A DNA stretch of 49,451 nucleotides, filler included, from Sphacelaria rigidula (Eukaryota), in NCBI GenBank assembly GCA_964200075.2. It is 3 parts of 3 records of this genome, joined end to end, with 100 filler letters (N's around TTAATTAATTAA, not from the genome) between each part and the next. Parts side by side here need not be neighbours in the genome. Positions count along the whole stretch, not along the records: positions 1 to 16,420 come from CAXNAA020001366.1; 2 more parts are not named here. One strand, 5' to 3'. The notes beneath the pieces were generated by a model. It was not told the DNA's origin and ran no database searches. It saw only the letters and a list, made by a program, of their open reading frames with translations. The translations under genes were made by a program, and so were the position numbers. Of this stretch, positions 1 through 12,186 are shown piece after piece (position 1 is the first letter of the stretch; each line of letters begins with the position of its first letter).

Positions 1-1377
1 AGGGGCTCCTAACAATTCTAACCTCAGAAATTATTTCTGTACCCCTACCGTAGCATCACTCAGAATTGACGTGAAAAGAAAATATTTTAATTTTCCGAGT
101 GATCATCCTCAATGATTAGCCTCATCCTCAATTTCGGTGATCGGCTGCTACGCGCGTGGGGAGGGGTATTGTCTTCATTTTTTCATCTCTCGGAGGCCAC
201 CACAAGCTCTTGCCTGACGCGAGATATGGTTTCACTAGGAGCAAGGGTATTCCCGTAACATATTAACTACTTTCCGTTTCTTTTGTGGTCCACGGCGTCG
301 AGCGCTGACCAACAAAATCTTGTCTGAGATAGGTTGGGCTAGCTTTTTTCAAGGAGCGCAGCTGAGAAGCCCAGACATATCATCATCACTGACTGCAGGC
401 GAAGTGTTTCTGTGTTTGGTAACAAACATGTATACGTATTGAAATTTGAACTTTGTCCGTAGCCTCTAAACGACTGCGAAAAGTTGACAGAAGCCGCTTC
501 CCTCGGCTTCCGTCAGTTTTCGATGAAATGATGCCACAATTTTGTGAAACAAGTCTCTTGATGATGGCGATATAAAAAAAAACACAACACTGGAAAACAG
601 CACGCTGATATCGTTCATTGGCTCTCGATTACAGTTTTGTGCAAGAATTCAATACACGATACATGTATACGGAGTTTGTACATACTTCGAAGTGTACATG
701 TAAGACATGCTGTGCAATGAAACACCAGCTGGATCAAAACACGATTTTGTTGCACGTACGACGCCCTCTTCGTCATATAACGCAAACCGCACGGGGGTAA
801 GGCGTAAGAAACAAAAACAAATTGGAATTATGTATGGACTGAGAATATGCTTCTTGTATGTACACACACCCGTACACGATGCCCAGAAAACCAAAACCCA
901 GGACAGGCAGTTATCTTCGCAAAACCTGAAACGCTACGAGTACAGCCATAGGCACGGAAGAGCATACCACCACCCATCTAGATAAAATGCTACTTTTGCC
1001 TTGCACAAGTAATAGACTTTTTATGGCCGAAGCTCTTATGAGTGGGGCGGCGAGGGTGTCTCGCCGAGCCTTCGGGTAATCGGTACACGAACCCGCAAAA
1101 GCGGGGTGAAGTGCTGGATCAGGTTTCCCCCTTCCTTCAAGGAAAATATAAAATGAAATAATCGACTTTACTGCTAACAGCGCATACACGGTTATTTAGT
1201 TAATCTTCTTGCGATTTTTTGGGTATCTTCACTGCAGGAACACTCGTCCATCGACATCAGGTCACAAACGTTCGCATTGATTGTCATATACACACAAGGA
1301 TTCACCGGGGTATGATGACTCCTGGTAAGTCGCAGTCGATCAAAGGATATTCCCTAGTGACTCCTATTTCAGCCGAA

Positions 1378-1592
1378 CTACATCAGCTGCCCTATATACT
1401 CCGCTCGAGGATATCGCTCCAACAGTTCCGGCCAGTGCACCACGAACCGGTCTGCCAGGAGGTACATGATGCGACCGCTTAGGCTCAAGGACTTCACCCT
1501 GCAAAAGCTCTCACAAAACACTGTGCGGGACTTCGGTCGTAGGCCCAAGACGCGCAGAGCGAACGCCACCAAGCATACGGGGATGCACGTCC
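1378..1592 (-). CDS. ALG14: ALG14 exon 4 (terminal)
   Basis: Acceptor GGACAG. Encodes GTCIPVC...FCESFCRVKSLSLSGRIMYLLADRFVVHWPELLERYPRAEYIGQLM-TAG, a typical ALG14 C-terminus. The four exons sum to 729 nt, i.e. 242 aa plus stop. Confidence 0.94.
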
Positions 1593-4223
1593 CTGTCCGA
1601 TTGCAGAGATTACACACGGAAAACAACAATCGGCGAAAATAGGAAATACTTCTTAGTAGGAAGCATGTTGTTTTTACGGGTTCAAAAGAGAGGAATTCAC
1701 GAACCCCACAAGGATGAGAGAGAAAAAAAATGACACGGAGCGGGAGCTGGACGTGACAGCATACTCGTGCAGACAAGGTCGTGATATTTTTTCTAGATCC
1801 TGGGCGATTTGTCAGAGTTAAGAGCTGAATGACGGACTGTACAGCCGACACACTCGAACAAAGGTGCAAGGCCTCACTCGTGTCCAGGTCGTAGATCCGA
1901 CAATATCCGGCGAAGTTACAGCAGTCTCTTCAAAAACGGCAATCTGACAAAAACGGCGTTTCTTTTTTGCATGCACACCATGGACATTCGGAACTCTATT
2001 TCTTGGCGGGGTGTGATCGGATTGGAAAGCTGGGCGCGGAATATTGTTCCCACGAACAAGGGCTTCAAACTTTGTCCAGGGTGCGTTGGCTGAATAGCTC
2101 ATCGATCAGGTAAAAACTGCAGGAAACTAGGATGTATGGTCCACGATTTTCTGGGGGAGAAAAAGGTCACGATCTGGTTTCCATGAATATCCTGTTATAT
2201 ACAAATAACATCAAAAACTGTGAAAGCACTGCGGTACGTACGGTCGTTCAACAATCGAGATAAGTGTATGAGCAAATGAAATTTATATACGCCTCCATCA
2301 ACCACACACACATACGCCACACACCATAATGGCTGAAGCGCCTAAGCAAGACAGAAGGGGGCCCGTTGTGGATAATGATATTAACGCTGATTATGAAATT
2401 GATTTCGAGTACAGGAACAAGCACCGGTGAACTCGTCCTTCACAATTGTTCATGCTCCCCACTCGACTCGATGACAGTCACGTGTCATGTGATACCTTCT
2501 GGGGGGTTCGGTCGCGGTGTTTGGTCTTAAGCGAGGCCATTCCGATCCCGTGAAACGGTGATGGGAAACCTTAATCCCATCAAGGCGGGAAAGAGCTTTC
2601 TTCATGAGAATGAAGTATATCCGAAGTTTTGCCATACATAGCCCATTCGTTTCCACGGGAACAAAAAGTGTGATACGTTCAATGTTCAGGACATGGCTTT
2701 TTACCACACGCTGGACAATGACAACATATTACAATGTCAAAAAGTGTACTGCATACAGTATCGACTATGGCGTCCATTGCAATGGACGATACATTCCATA
2801 TTGTACGCAGTACATTTTTCGACAACGTAATCTGTTGTCCAGGGTGTGCTTTATACCATTCAAGTAGCGGCGGGTATCATACGTTCATCTCATGATCAAG
2901 GACTAATTCGAAGCGGATCAGCCGATTCGCGACACCCGAATCAACCAATCAGATGTAGTCAAGATGCGTGGGCTTTTGAGAGGACTCTGTGGCCCTCTCA
3001 TATCCGGGCTCGTAATAAATGCGTGCATGTACACCGGGGGGGGATGGGTTGATCCCTTGAAACCACGGACTCGTTCCCAGGAAGGGCAGGGGTTCAAAGT
3101 GCGACAATCAATACAAAAAATAATAATGTAGTTAAAAAAAAATGTCAAGACAAATGCTACTCACGAAGTTCCACGGTTCTCGTCGATCCACCTACTACAG
3201 TTTCTCGCAAGCTGTGGTGTGGCATCATGGGTTGCAATGACATGCCCGAAGTTCGGTGAAAGGTCACGATGGTGCTCTTGTGGTACCATCACGAGCTACT
3301 ACTATGATAAGTGCCGTGGTGGTCTTGTGTGAAGGAACGACCATCAGCATCGGCGACGACAGGCCCCCGTTCCTTGGGTTCACACGACTTGCCTTTTAGT
3401 ACGCTGACACTACTGCACAACCTGGCTGCCGCCATGGCTCAGAGGCCACGTGTCATGTGAATCGTTTGCGCCCGATTTGTGATCACGTGAAGAGCTTCGC
3501 AAAACACGTTGGGCCACCGTACGCGGGTTATACCCTCTGACGCCGTAGGTGTCCGTAGTAGCCCCACATACGGCACTCGCGGGCTTTCTGTGACCTGACT
3601 TTCGTGCATGTACGCACCAATGACGCCCCTGCTGCCAACATCCCTGCTGCCCACGTCCCTCACTGCACCACATGCAAAGTATTACGATCTCCTGGGGCGC
3701 GAGACTGTTCTAAAAGACGTCACTTTTCTTGTGTATGTATGACGCAAAGTGTTTGGGTTTCTGCGCCTACAGCAAATAAAAACAAAAGCACGAAAGTCAA
3801 CGGGCTGAACCGCGGGGGCGCTAATCCAAAAGCTTAAAGATATAGTCGAAGTTAGGTACCGGGGACAGAGACGGCTTGAAATCTTGAGATTACGGATTCG
3901 TCTCTAAAGGGGGGGGGGGGGAGTTAAGGGCGAGAGTAAGTGAAAGAGCAAGTACAATCTGCTTGTTCGACATATCGGTTTCATGTGGTCAACATGCCGG
4001 CGCATCGGCACGCACACCCCATTACCCCACGCACACCCCATTACCCCAACCCCGTCCCCCCCCCCCAATCACCTCCCCTCTTTTCTCCATTATTTCCGCG
4101 GGAGCATCTGACCAGCCGGCGATATTGTTCCGAAAGATGAGCACACGGCCAAGGGGCCAAAAGTATGACTTTGACGGCCACTATGCTTGTCAGTACAATC
4201 CACCCCAACGCTTTGTATCGTAC

Positions 4224-4332
4224 CTGGGCCGTTGACCAACACGAGATCCGGCCCGATTCTTGCAACCATTGCTGCCGCGTACAGGCCGGCGACGAGGGTA
4301 GTCCACAGAGACGTCACGTAAGACTGGCCCAC
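4224..4332 (-). CDS. ALG14: ALG14 exon 3
   Basis: Acceptor GGGCAG. Encodes VGQSYVTSLWTTL...PDLVLVNGP G|GTACGA, matching the ALG14 motifs REVGQS and PDLxLxNGPGTC. Confidence 0.93.
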
Positions 4333-5373
4333 CTGCCCACCAGGTGGAAGGAAGGAAACAATGAGGCACATAAAATGCACACATACACCCCTCGTTGTTT
4401 GCGTCCGTCGTCGTAACGGCGTAACGGTTGTCCTATCTATATATCTGACTATCTCGCCGAATCGTTCAGGGAGCAACGATGGCTGTTAACTCGCCACAAT
4501 CATTCAGAACGCAATGATGAACTGTGTCAACACGCCAGAATGTAATAATATACTTCGCACGAGTATGATGACATTTTCCGTATTGTTCCGCCGGCCCGCG
4601 AAAATTCCACCAACACATGAAAGCCCTTTTGCCTCCCGCGTAGTCTCCGAACCAAACCATTACCCGTTAAAGTATCGACAACCAAACTATGTATTTCTCG
4701 GGGGCATACACTCATGTTGTGATAACGAGTGCAGTAACAGTGGATTACTTTATTGAAACATCGATCAAAGTTAATCAATGAAAGTCAATGAGCATAGCCA
4801 CCGGGCCGAACCAAGACGCAACAGCAGCCGGAACCCTGCCATGACCCCTCCTTGGTCGTGGGGAGCTGCGGTCCCTAGGGGATAAACCCTTGGATGCCAC
4901 AGGTGCTGGAAAAACGTTTCGGAATTATTAGAGAGTCGTGATCAGAAACCTGAAGCGAAGTCGTACAGCAGGTATTCCGTTGGATCTACTGCAGAAACAG
5001 ACACCCGAGCCCAAAGATGCCGACCTTGTACTGTAGATTCGACTCCGCCCCCAAGAATTCCTATCGGGGAGTAACCACTTCTCCTCCAGACGAAGCCAAA
5101 TCGAGCTCGCCTTCTAGCACGGTCCAGTCAATCTATGAATTGTGACGCTCAGATAACAGCCGAAGTCTAGTCGTGCACTGTTATGGGATATTCGTAATTT
5201 TTCCTTCTCCCAGAAGAAAAAGAAGGATGAAACAATCAAAAGGAAACGGATGAGACAAGCAAAAGAGCTCGGGTAAATTAGCATGACCGGCCCTAGACAG
5301 TTACAAAGTAAAACATTCTGAATAATGTCACGCTTATCTTCAACACCAACAACCAACCGAACAACCCCCTCGC

Positions 5374-5543
5374 CTCTCGGCTGCGAGGTATCTTGATGAT
5401 ACGACATCGCCCGGATCTCAGCCCATCCTCCGGTATTCGCTTTGCGCTGGTGTGGTCGCTGCTGGCCACGACATAGCAGAGGGGCGTATAGACCTCCGGC
5501 GAAAGGTGCGCCGTGAGTTTGAGCATCTCAGACGTATGCCCGC
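5374..5543 (-). CDS. ALG14: ALG14 exon 2
   Basis: Acceptor TGCGCAG. Encodes GHTSEMLKLTAHLSPEVYTPLCYVVASSDHTS...IIKIPRSRE (170 nt). Ends in phase 0 at GAG|GCGAGG, a GC donor. Confidence 0.92.
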
Positions 5544-8128
5544 CTGCGCAGCAGTGTAATGGGCGGTGAAAAAAATGTGTAGGCTGCTTTAGCGATTAAA
5601 AGCTCCCCTGATAATCATACTCCATCTGTGCAAAAGTCCACTCGCATCTATATTGTTTACACACAAGTATACGTGACCTCCCCGATGTGCCTTCTGTGAT
5701 CGATTAATCGTTTCACATGAGTCAACTGATCATCCGGAACGGATCTGACCCTAGTCACGAGATCACTATTCATTCCCGAGGCAACATACCGTGCATACTC
5801 GCTAACGTAGACTCGAGAAGAAAGGACAAAAGCCAAACAGATGGACGCAGATAAACAGAAATGAACGGAATAACCTGACAGAGTCGACGAGGAACCCGGA
5901 TCGATCCCGAGCGACACCCCCGACAGGACCATCCCATGGCGTCGGATTGGAGGCCGTACAAGAATCAAGGCCGTGGGAACAAGCAGGGGACGGGCTCAGC
6001 TATGTGGAGGCCGGACTATAAGGCAGGAACGCAGACCGATCACGATGGGCCCGAACATATTTGCCGTGCGGCATGTTGTGCATTTGACTACTTTTCATGG
6101 CACGGAACTGGAGGGTGTGCTACTGTCGCCAAGCCGTTCGTTCTGCGAAAAAGACAAGAACCTGGGTGTCATTTTACGTGCGGGAGTACAATATACCCGG
6201 GGAATACAAAACATGCAACGACGAATGAAAACACAGGGCGTGGGCGTGCCCAAGAAATCAGCGGCAACCGATTGGACCTTCGCCCCCGCAGAGTCCCACC
6301 ACCTACACGGCCATGCATGTCATTGAGCAAGCGGTAGTCACGACGTCAATGGCGCTATTCGACTTGCAAAAGAGAATGTTTTGGCGCTGTCGGCGACCAT
6401 GATCTTGGTAGACGCCAGCCGCTAGCTTGTGAACGTTCGAGGTCTCTTCAGTCAGCTTGCCTCCCGTCGCGGTCTAAGAGTGTTGAGCCTGTTCAATACT
6501 CACTTCGTTCAGCCCTTGGCAGCTCAAAACAGCGGTTGAACCGATCAAAACAATTACTGTGGCTGTGCGCACCACGGTCGTTGTAGTACAGACAGCAGGT
6601 GTCCTCTCAGCTTTTCTGCTACAGACAATACAGTACAGTCTGCAGTATGCTCCCTCATTTGCTCTCCGGTGCAGTATGTTGCCTGCCCTGAGGAGGCGGA
6701 GTTTGAATTACTTGCAAACGGCTATTTTGTGCTGCGTCGTGCCCCAAGACATGTTTCGAGTGAACTGTTTGACTCGTTACATTACCCGCGAAGGTCAGTG
6801 TTGTAAATTCATTTCTTTCACCCCAAGCGTCAACCTCAGGGATTGTCTCACCACATATTTTGGGATGCGAGATAACGCGGCGAGACAAAAAAATCTGGTC
6901 CACGTTATTTCGGCTCCTTCATGGCTCCATGTTTCTCTTGTCATTCTTGGCCCGTGACGAGAAGACTAAACATGGAAACTCTTAGCTTTTTCAGCTAGCA
7001 AATGAGACGCAAGCAGTCACATGCCAATAAGGAGATGGTCCATGTTTTTTTCACATGGTTGAAGTGTGCTCAACATTCAAGGCAGGCGCCGCCATCTGTG
7101 ACACTCATGCTAGACGTCTAACACCTTCAGAGGTACCCACAGTCCACCACAGTATTAGGTAGCTTTTCGGCGGTGTTAGCACGATAATAGGCGAGCAACC
7201 GCAATAGGCGCGACAATTGTTGCTTTGTTTTTTTTCCGAGTCCTCAGTTCGACTGGCGCAGTTGTCTGAAAACAGGCACTGATGCTTGGATTCACGGTTA
7301 CGTGAAGCAGAATCAAGCACACAATCAACAAGCTAATCGAGAGTTACGCCCCGGGTTATCGAGCTCTGTGTCGCGCGCCGTGTACCTCGTGATCAAGGCA
7401 TGAACAGCTCTGGGATGAGGGGTGTCGAGCACACGTTTCCATCGGTGGCACATCACAACCGTTGGGCTTTCATCCGATTTGTATGACAACTTTTTTGCGC
7501 AGAATTTTTGACCGAGAAGGCTTAAGCGTATTGTTCTGGACACTTTCGGTAGCACAGGCAGAAGCGAGGAAAATGAAGTGAAGCAAATAGGTGCATTAAT
7601 GACTTGGATCAGATCGGAATTTCACGATTCTGCCGCTCATTCTCGTTGGCCAAGGAAGCTGATAAAACACGCCCTGAGATAGCCCCTCAACTCACTAAGG
7701 GCCCTTATCAGTGGGTTGTATTCTTCATGATTTCTTCTATTCGATGATAAGGGCCCTGATTCTGAGAAAATATGAAACACAAAGAGAAAGAAGGATGAGA
7801 GCGAGAGTTACCAGTGAAGGCAGAAAGGGATTGTAATCAGCAGTCGATTCTTCTCACCTACGCCATGGGTATTAACGATCGGGCACAAGGATCTCCCCAT
7901 ATATCTAGTCATATCTATCAACCAGCCGCGTTAGCGCCCCGGGGCGACGCTACGTGTGTTGTGTGGGTGTGTTTCTCTACGTTGGAGGGGGGTGTTATCA
8001 CACGTCACATGCGGGAAAACTTTTCGAGCGGCAAGGTTATGGGCAATGTCCCCCATACCAGGAGGTAAGAGCACAAGTACTGATCCTATACAACAAAGAG
8101 ATGAAACTGTATACTAGTAGGTACTCAC

Positions 8129-8363
8129 CCGACCCAAGGACGACCAAAGTATTCACCGTCTTGTGCGGAAGTACCACTTCCGAGGCGGCTTCACGAACGG
8201 GGTGTAAACGCGCCGCATTTGTTCCTGGATGTCGCCGTTTTTTCCGGTACGGTAACACCATCCACACGCGCCATATCAGCAATAAGCATGCGGTGGTCAA
8301 AATCGTTGCTAGTTGTACCAATAGTGTTGACATTTCTGCCTCTAAGAGGGGATACGGCATCAT
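8129..8363 (-). CDS. ALG14: ALG14 (UDP-N-acetylglucosamine transferase subunit) exon 1 of 4
   Basis: ATG at 8363 (alternative at 8333). Encodes an N-terminal hydrophobic anchor (LLVQLATILTTACLLLIW) and ends TLVVLGSG|GTGAGT (phase 1). Splicing to exon 2 gives the ALG14 motif VLGSGGHTSEM. Confidence 0.92.
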
Positions 8364-9326
8364 TACCCAACGTGGCCGCTAGACCAAGGGGTGTACCTGC
8401 AATGACCAGGACGCGACTATGTTTTACATTTTGGGTCTACGCGCAATGCTCGGGTCATTATCCATGATCTTTTCCCCACCAATCCATGTGATATATTTTG
8501 GTGATGTTTGATGGGCTCTAGCTCACGCTGTACCGAGATTCACCAGGCACTCATCACCGTTAAATGGTTGAGCACTAGAGGGTGCACATGACCCAGCGCT
8601 GGTGCTAGTTCAAGGATTTCTACGAGTTTAACGGCGTCTCTCAAAGTTAGGTCATCTGTGGCCATTTTTTTCCGTCCACATCCGCACACTTTTCACTATT
8701 CTCAACAACTTTGCACGAAGGCGCTGTTCAAGCTACTATACTATAATACAAGAGGCCACCGACTGTTCTTGGGGCCATGGCGACATAATAGGTTCCCTAC
8801 AGCAAGTGTGTAATGTAACAAGAAAAACACTGTCGCCGTCTGAAACCATAGTAGTGTACCAGATTGCCGTGCGGCCTACAAGTACCGATACAAAACCGTG
8901 AAATCTGGAGGAAGCAGCGAGAGCAAGCTGCACCATATTACAGTATAGCAACGACGGTAGATGAGAGTACCGCAACTGAACACCGCTAAAAAAACACCGT
9001 GAGGAAACATGGTAGTCGCAAGTCCTGTCAGGTCATTATTTAGCCGACTTTGCAGCGTATGCTGCCGTTGTGGCGACCTCGCACGCCCACAGCAAAAAAT
9101 ACACCAACCGACAAAGTACCTGTTGTACGAGCATATATATCGTGTAATCTTCGAAAAAAAAGCTCGTACACCAAGCAGCACCACACGGAGCATTCCATAT
9201 CACGTGAAGAAACACATGCTGACTGTACTAAACCAGCTGGTTGATACAGCGCAATAATGAAAAGTAAGTACAGATTGAGGCACAACACAAACATTAAGAT
9301 GGCGAATATCTCGCAGTGACCTAGAG

Positions 9327-9439
9327 CGCACGGGGGGCCACTGGGGTGCCTGCAACCTCAAATTTGGACGTTACAGACGTTGCACAAGGCTGTAACGTCC
9401 AAATTTGAGGTTACAGGCACCCCAGTGCCCACCCGTGCG
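9327..9439. repeat. Near-perfect inverted repeat/hairpin with ~50-bp arms
   Basis: CACTGGGGTGCCTGCAACCTCAAATTTGGACGTTACAG (9339-9376) pairs with 9390-9427 with 1 mismatch. Pairing extends outward to CGCACGGG/CCCGTGCG. Confidence 0.9.
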
Positions 9440-10275
9440 GGTTTGGGGGGGGTGTAAAAACGGTTTTCAGTGGTCGTCAGTGCAGCTTGTTTGTAGCAGC
9501 TGGCCTGCGATGTTCACCATCCTCAGCACACCCTAAACCCGTCAAACTCGTCCGTTCCTGTGTTTTCTACAGCGCAAGGAGCGAAAACCACATCTCGTCG
9601 GGAGTTAGGGGTAAACAGCCATCTCCTCCCGGTACTACAGCCCAGCTATGCGGAAGTATCTAGAAGGTTGCAGCTGTGCTCGGTACCATCCCGCCTCGTG
9701 TTTTCCCGCGCGTTCCTTGACAGTACACTGCAGAGGGGAAGACTAAGCCAAGCCACCGCTGCGCTTGCGGCAAAAATGAAAACGGAAATCGAGTCGAGAT
9801 GTACGTTGTATTGGGCTCTGAGAAGATAATTGATCGGTGTACCTTGAAGTGAAAATGAAACACGATATTAGCCCTTTCCCCCTGGTCACTGCCTCATCAA
9901 AACACAACAATCTCCCTGGAAGTTTCGTGACCGATCGGTATTCACGACGCCTGGTCTACGGTCGAAGACCGATGTCGCGACAAACGCGAAGACCTAGGTT
10001 TTACCCCACGCAAAGCTATGTAAAAACATGACAGTATGACAAAGTTGGTCAAGCATCTTCTTCTCCTCCTGTAAAAAAAGTCCCTCAACAAAATAGATAA
10101 CAGATACCCTATTGGTTTTATTTCATCGAGATCTTTGCAAAGCCGTAGTTGATGACTGTCCTCCTAAACGTGTACCCGCCCCCTCTTCGGCCCCAGCGCG
10201 CACCTCGCCCTGGTACGTGATGCAGTGGGGACGGATCTGAGTTGGCTGGCGTTTGATTGGGGGAGATGGACAGGG

Positions 10276-10550
10276 TGCTGTAGCCAAATGATACCAAGCC
10301 GTAAGGTCTCAGAATAATCGCATGCATGATTGAAGCAGTTGCAGAGGACAAGGGATCCTGGATTGATGGCCCTTTTCTGTGTGGCCCCTTGCTGTCTGGC
10401 TCGTGATCTGTTGAGGATTACTCCGTGACAATAACAAGCTAGAAGAAAGGACTTGTCAAGCACGAGACCAGTGATACTGGAGGAATCCCTCGCTGAATGT
10501 CCTCTTATCCATATCGTCTGGCAGAAGCTATAATATCTAGATATTATTCT
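10276..10550 (+). repeat. 5' LTR
   Basis: TGCTGTAGCC...TTATTCT. Aligns without gaps to 15989-16263, with about 35 mismatches in 275 nt by hand count (~87% identity). Confidence 0.9.
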
Positions 10551-10568
10551 TGGCACTCTGTTGGAGGA
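10551..10568 (+). promoter_or_regulatory. Putative primer-binding site
   Basis: TGGCACTCTGTTGGAGGA starts immediately after the 5' LTR. TGG is complementary to the tRNA 3' CCA. The cognate tRNA was not identified. Confidence 0.55.
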
Positions 10569-10712
10569 GTTCACGGTTCGGACGAACCATCGGCAGTTCG
10601 AATAACCAAATCCACGATTTCTTAGGCCTGATTGTCGAAAGAGAGAATAAAAAGTCGACCACTGGTCAAACAGGTCTCCACGCAACGTTTGCGCCATTCT
10701 ACGTGCCTGGGC

Positions 10713-10832
10713 TGCGCGTACCTGGGTTGCAACGCTAAAAACAAAGACTAAGGATTCACTCGTACGGTACGGATCAATTACACTAAAATCAAGTTATTTC
10801 CGGACGAATCATCAATTTGTCCGACCCGTGGA
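10713..10832. repeat. Interspersed repeat fragment inside the LTR-element leader
   Basis: TGCGCGTACC..GTTGCAACGC..AAGGATT.ACTCGTACGGTACG.ATCAATT..TTTGTCC.ACCC is shared with 22457-22587 on another contig. Confidence 0.75.
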
Positions 10833-10992
10833 GGAGTTCGGCTGAGGAAAAGGGGCCGCAGCTGGAAGCAGTTTGGCCTGCAGGCGGATCGAGACCAACT
10901 TGAATCGCACAGCGGTGGAAGACGCTCCATGAGCTGGAGGACGCACAAGTCAGGCAACAGTCTCTCCGTGAAGCGTTTGAGTCAAGAAGGAC

Positions 10993-11798
10993 ATGGCTCA
11001 AGCGGCCGCAGCACCGCTGGTTGTGGGTGAGCCGCTTGACCCGCAAAAGTATGATGAGGTGTGGACTGAGGAAGCATCACGTGTATTTTACGCCTTATCT
11101 CGATTACGAAGAGTTTTTGTACCTTGCAAATGCATTAGGAGTCGTCAGGCATGCAAGGGTGAGCATTGGACAACTCATTCCTACATAGATTCATCGGTGC
11201 TTTGAAGGCATGTACAAGGACCGTCGTGCTATGACCCCCGAGGAATTTCTAGATGCTGTGAAGCAGCATGCCGGGTACACCACAACCGGCGGCCAACATG
11301 ATACTGCGCGGGCTGCAGCAGACCTGTGTAGAGTGGTTACAATGCAGCAAAGTGACGGAACGTCCGTCAAGTATAGAGTGATGATGGTTGACTCATCGAT
11401 GGAAATTGTTTTCGCTGAAAACCTCACGGTGTAAGCCATGTACAGTGCGGAGGACAGGAGCTGGTTGCCAGGCCCGGTCGAGTCGGTTTCTACAGCTTTG
11501 GTGGACGGAATTCAAGGCGTATGTCAGAAGCGTACTCACATATGTAGACGGCTGGAAAAAGGCTCCGATCGTGGTTTTGAAAATATTTGATGACGCCGAC
11601 TACTGGAAGTTCATTGAGGCGCATGGCCGGGGGCGACTCTGCGGCAGGTGCAGGGTGTTGCGCGCCGAGCAGCAACTGTCTTCACGAGCGTCGTTCACTC
11701 GCGCATGTTACAACTGCGGCTACAACGGACACCTGATTAAGGATTTCCCCAAGCCTCGTGCTCAAGGCGCTGCTCAAGGAGATGCGCGAGATTCATGA
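10993..11798 (+). pseudogene. Disrupted gag of the LTR element
   Basis: Broken ORFs 10993-11205, 11210-11434 and 11388-11798. The last contains CYNCGYNGHLIKDF, a CX2CX4HX4C knuckle with the final Cys lost. Confidence 0.75.
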
Positions 11799-12186
11799 GG
11801 ATCTCGCGGCGGTCGCCACGGTGGACGGGGCCGTGCCAACCATGGACGCGGGTGCGGCGGCTGCGGTAGCAAGCAGTCGGCGGCGGATGGTGCTTCCTCC
11901 GCTACTGTTTCTTCGACTACGTCATCAGGTGGTGACTCTGGATCTTCTGGTTCATCCGTGTCGGGGCGGGCAGGGTACGTGGGAGGTGTAAATACTTCGG
12001 TGGGGAGTGCTGGAGCGAATAGTTCGCAACCCCTCGGCCAGGCTGGATCCGTGTCTGGTGTATCTCCTCCTGCTGCGACGGCTGTAACGGCGCCGTCTGC
12101 ATATTCGGCGACGTTGTCTGGGTGGACCGTCGATTCTCAATTATCGATGCCAAGTACTGGAGCGCAGCCCTGGCGTCAGGTGGCTC

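Noticed and set aside
5936..6337. Overlapping 117-133 aa ORFs inside ALG14 intron 1
   Set aside because: No motif or splice support; probably decayed repeat sequence.
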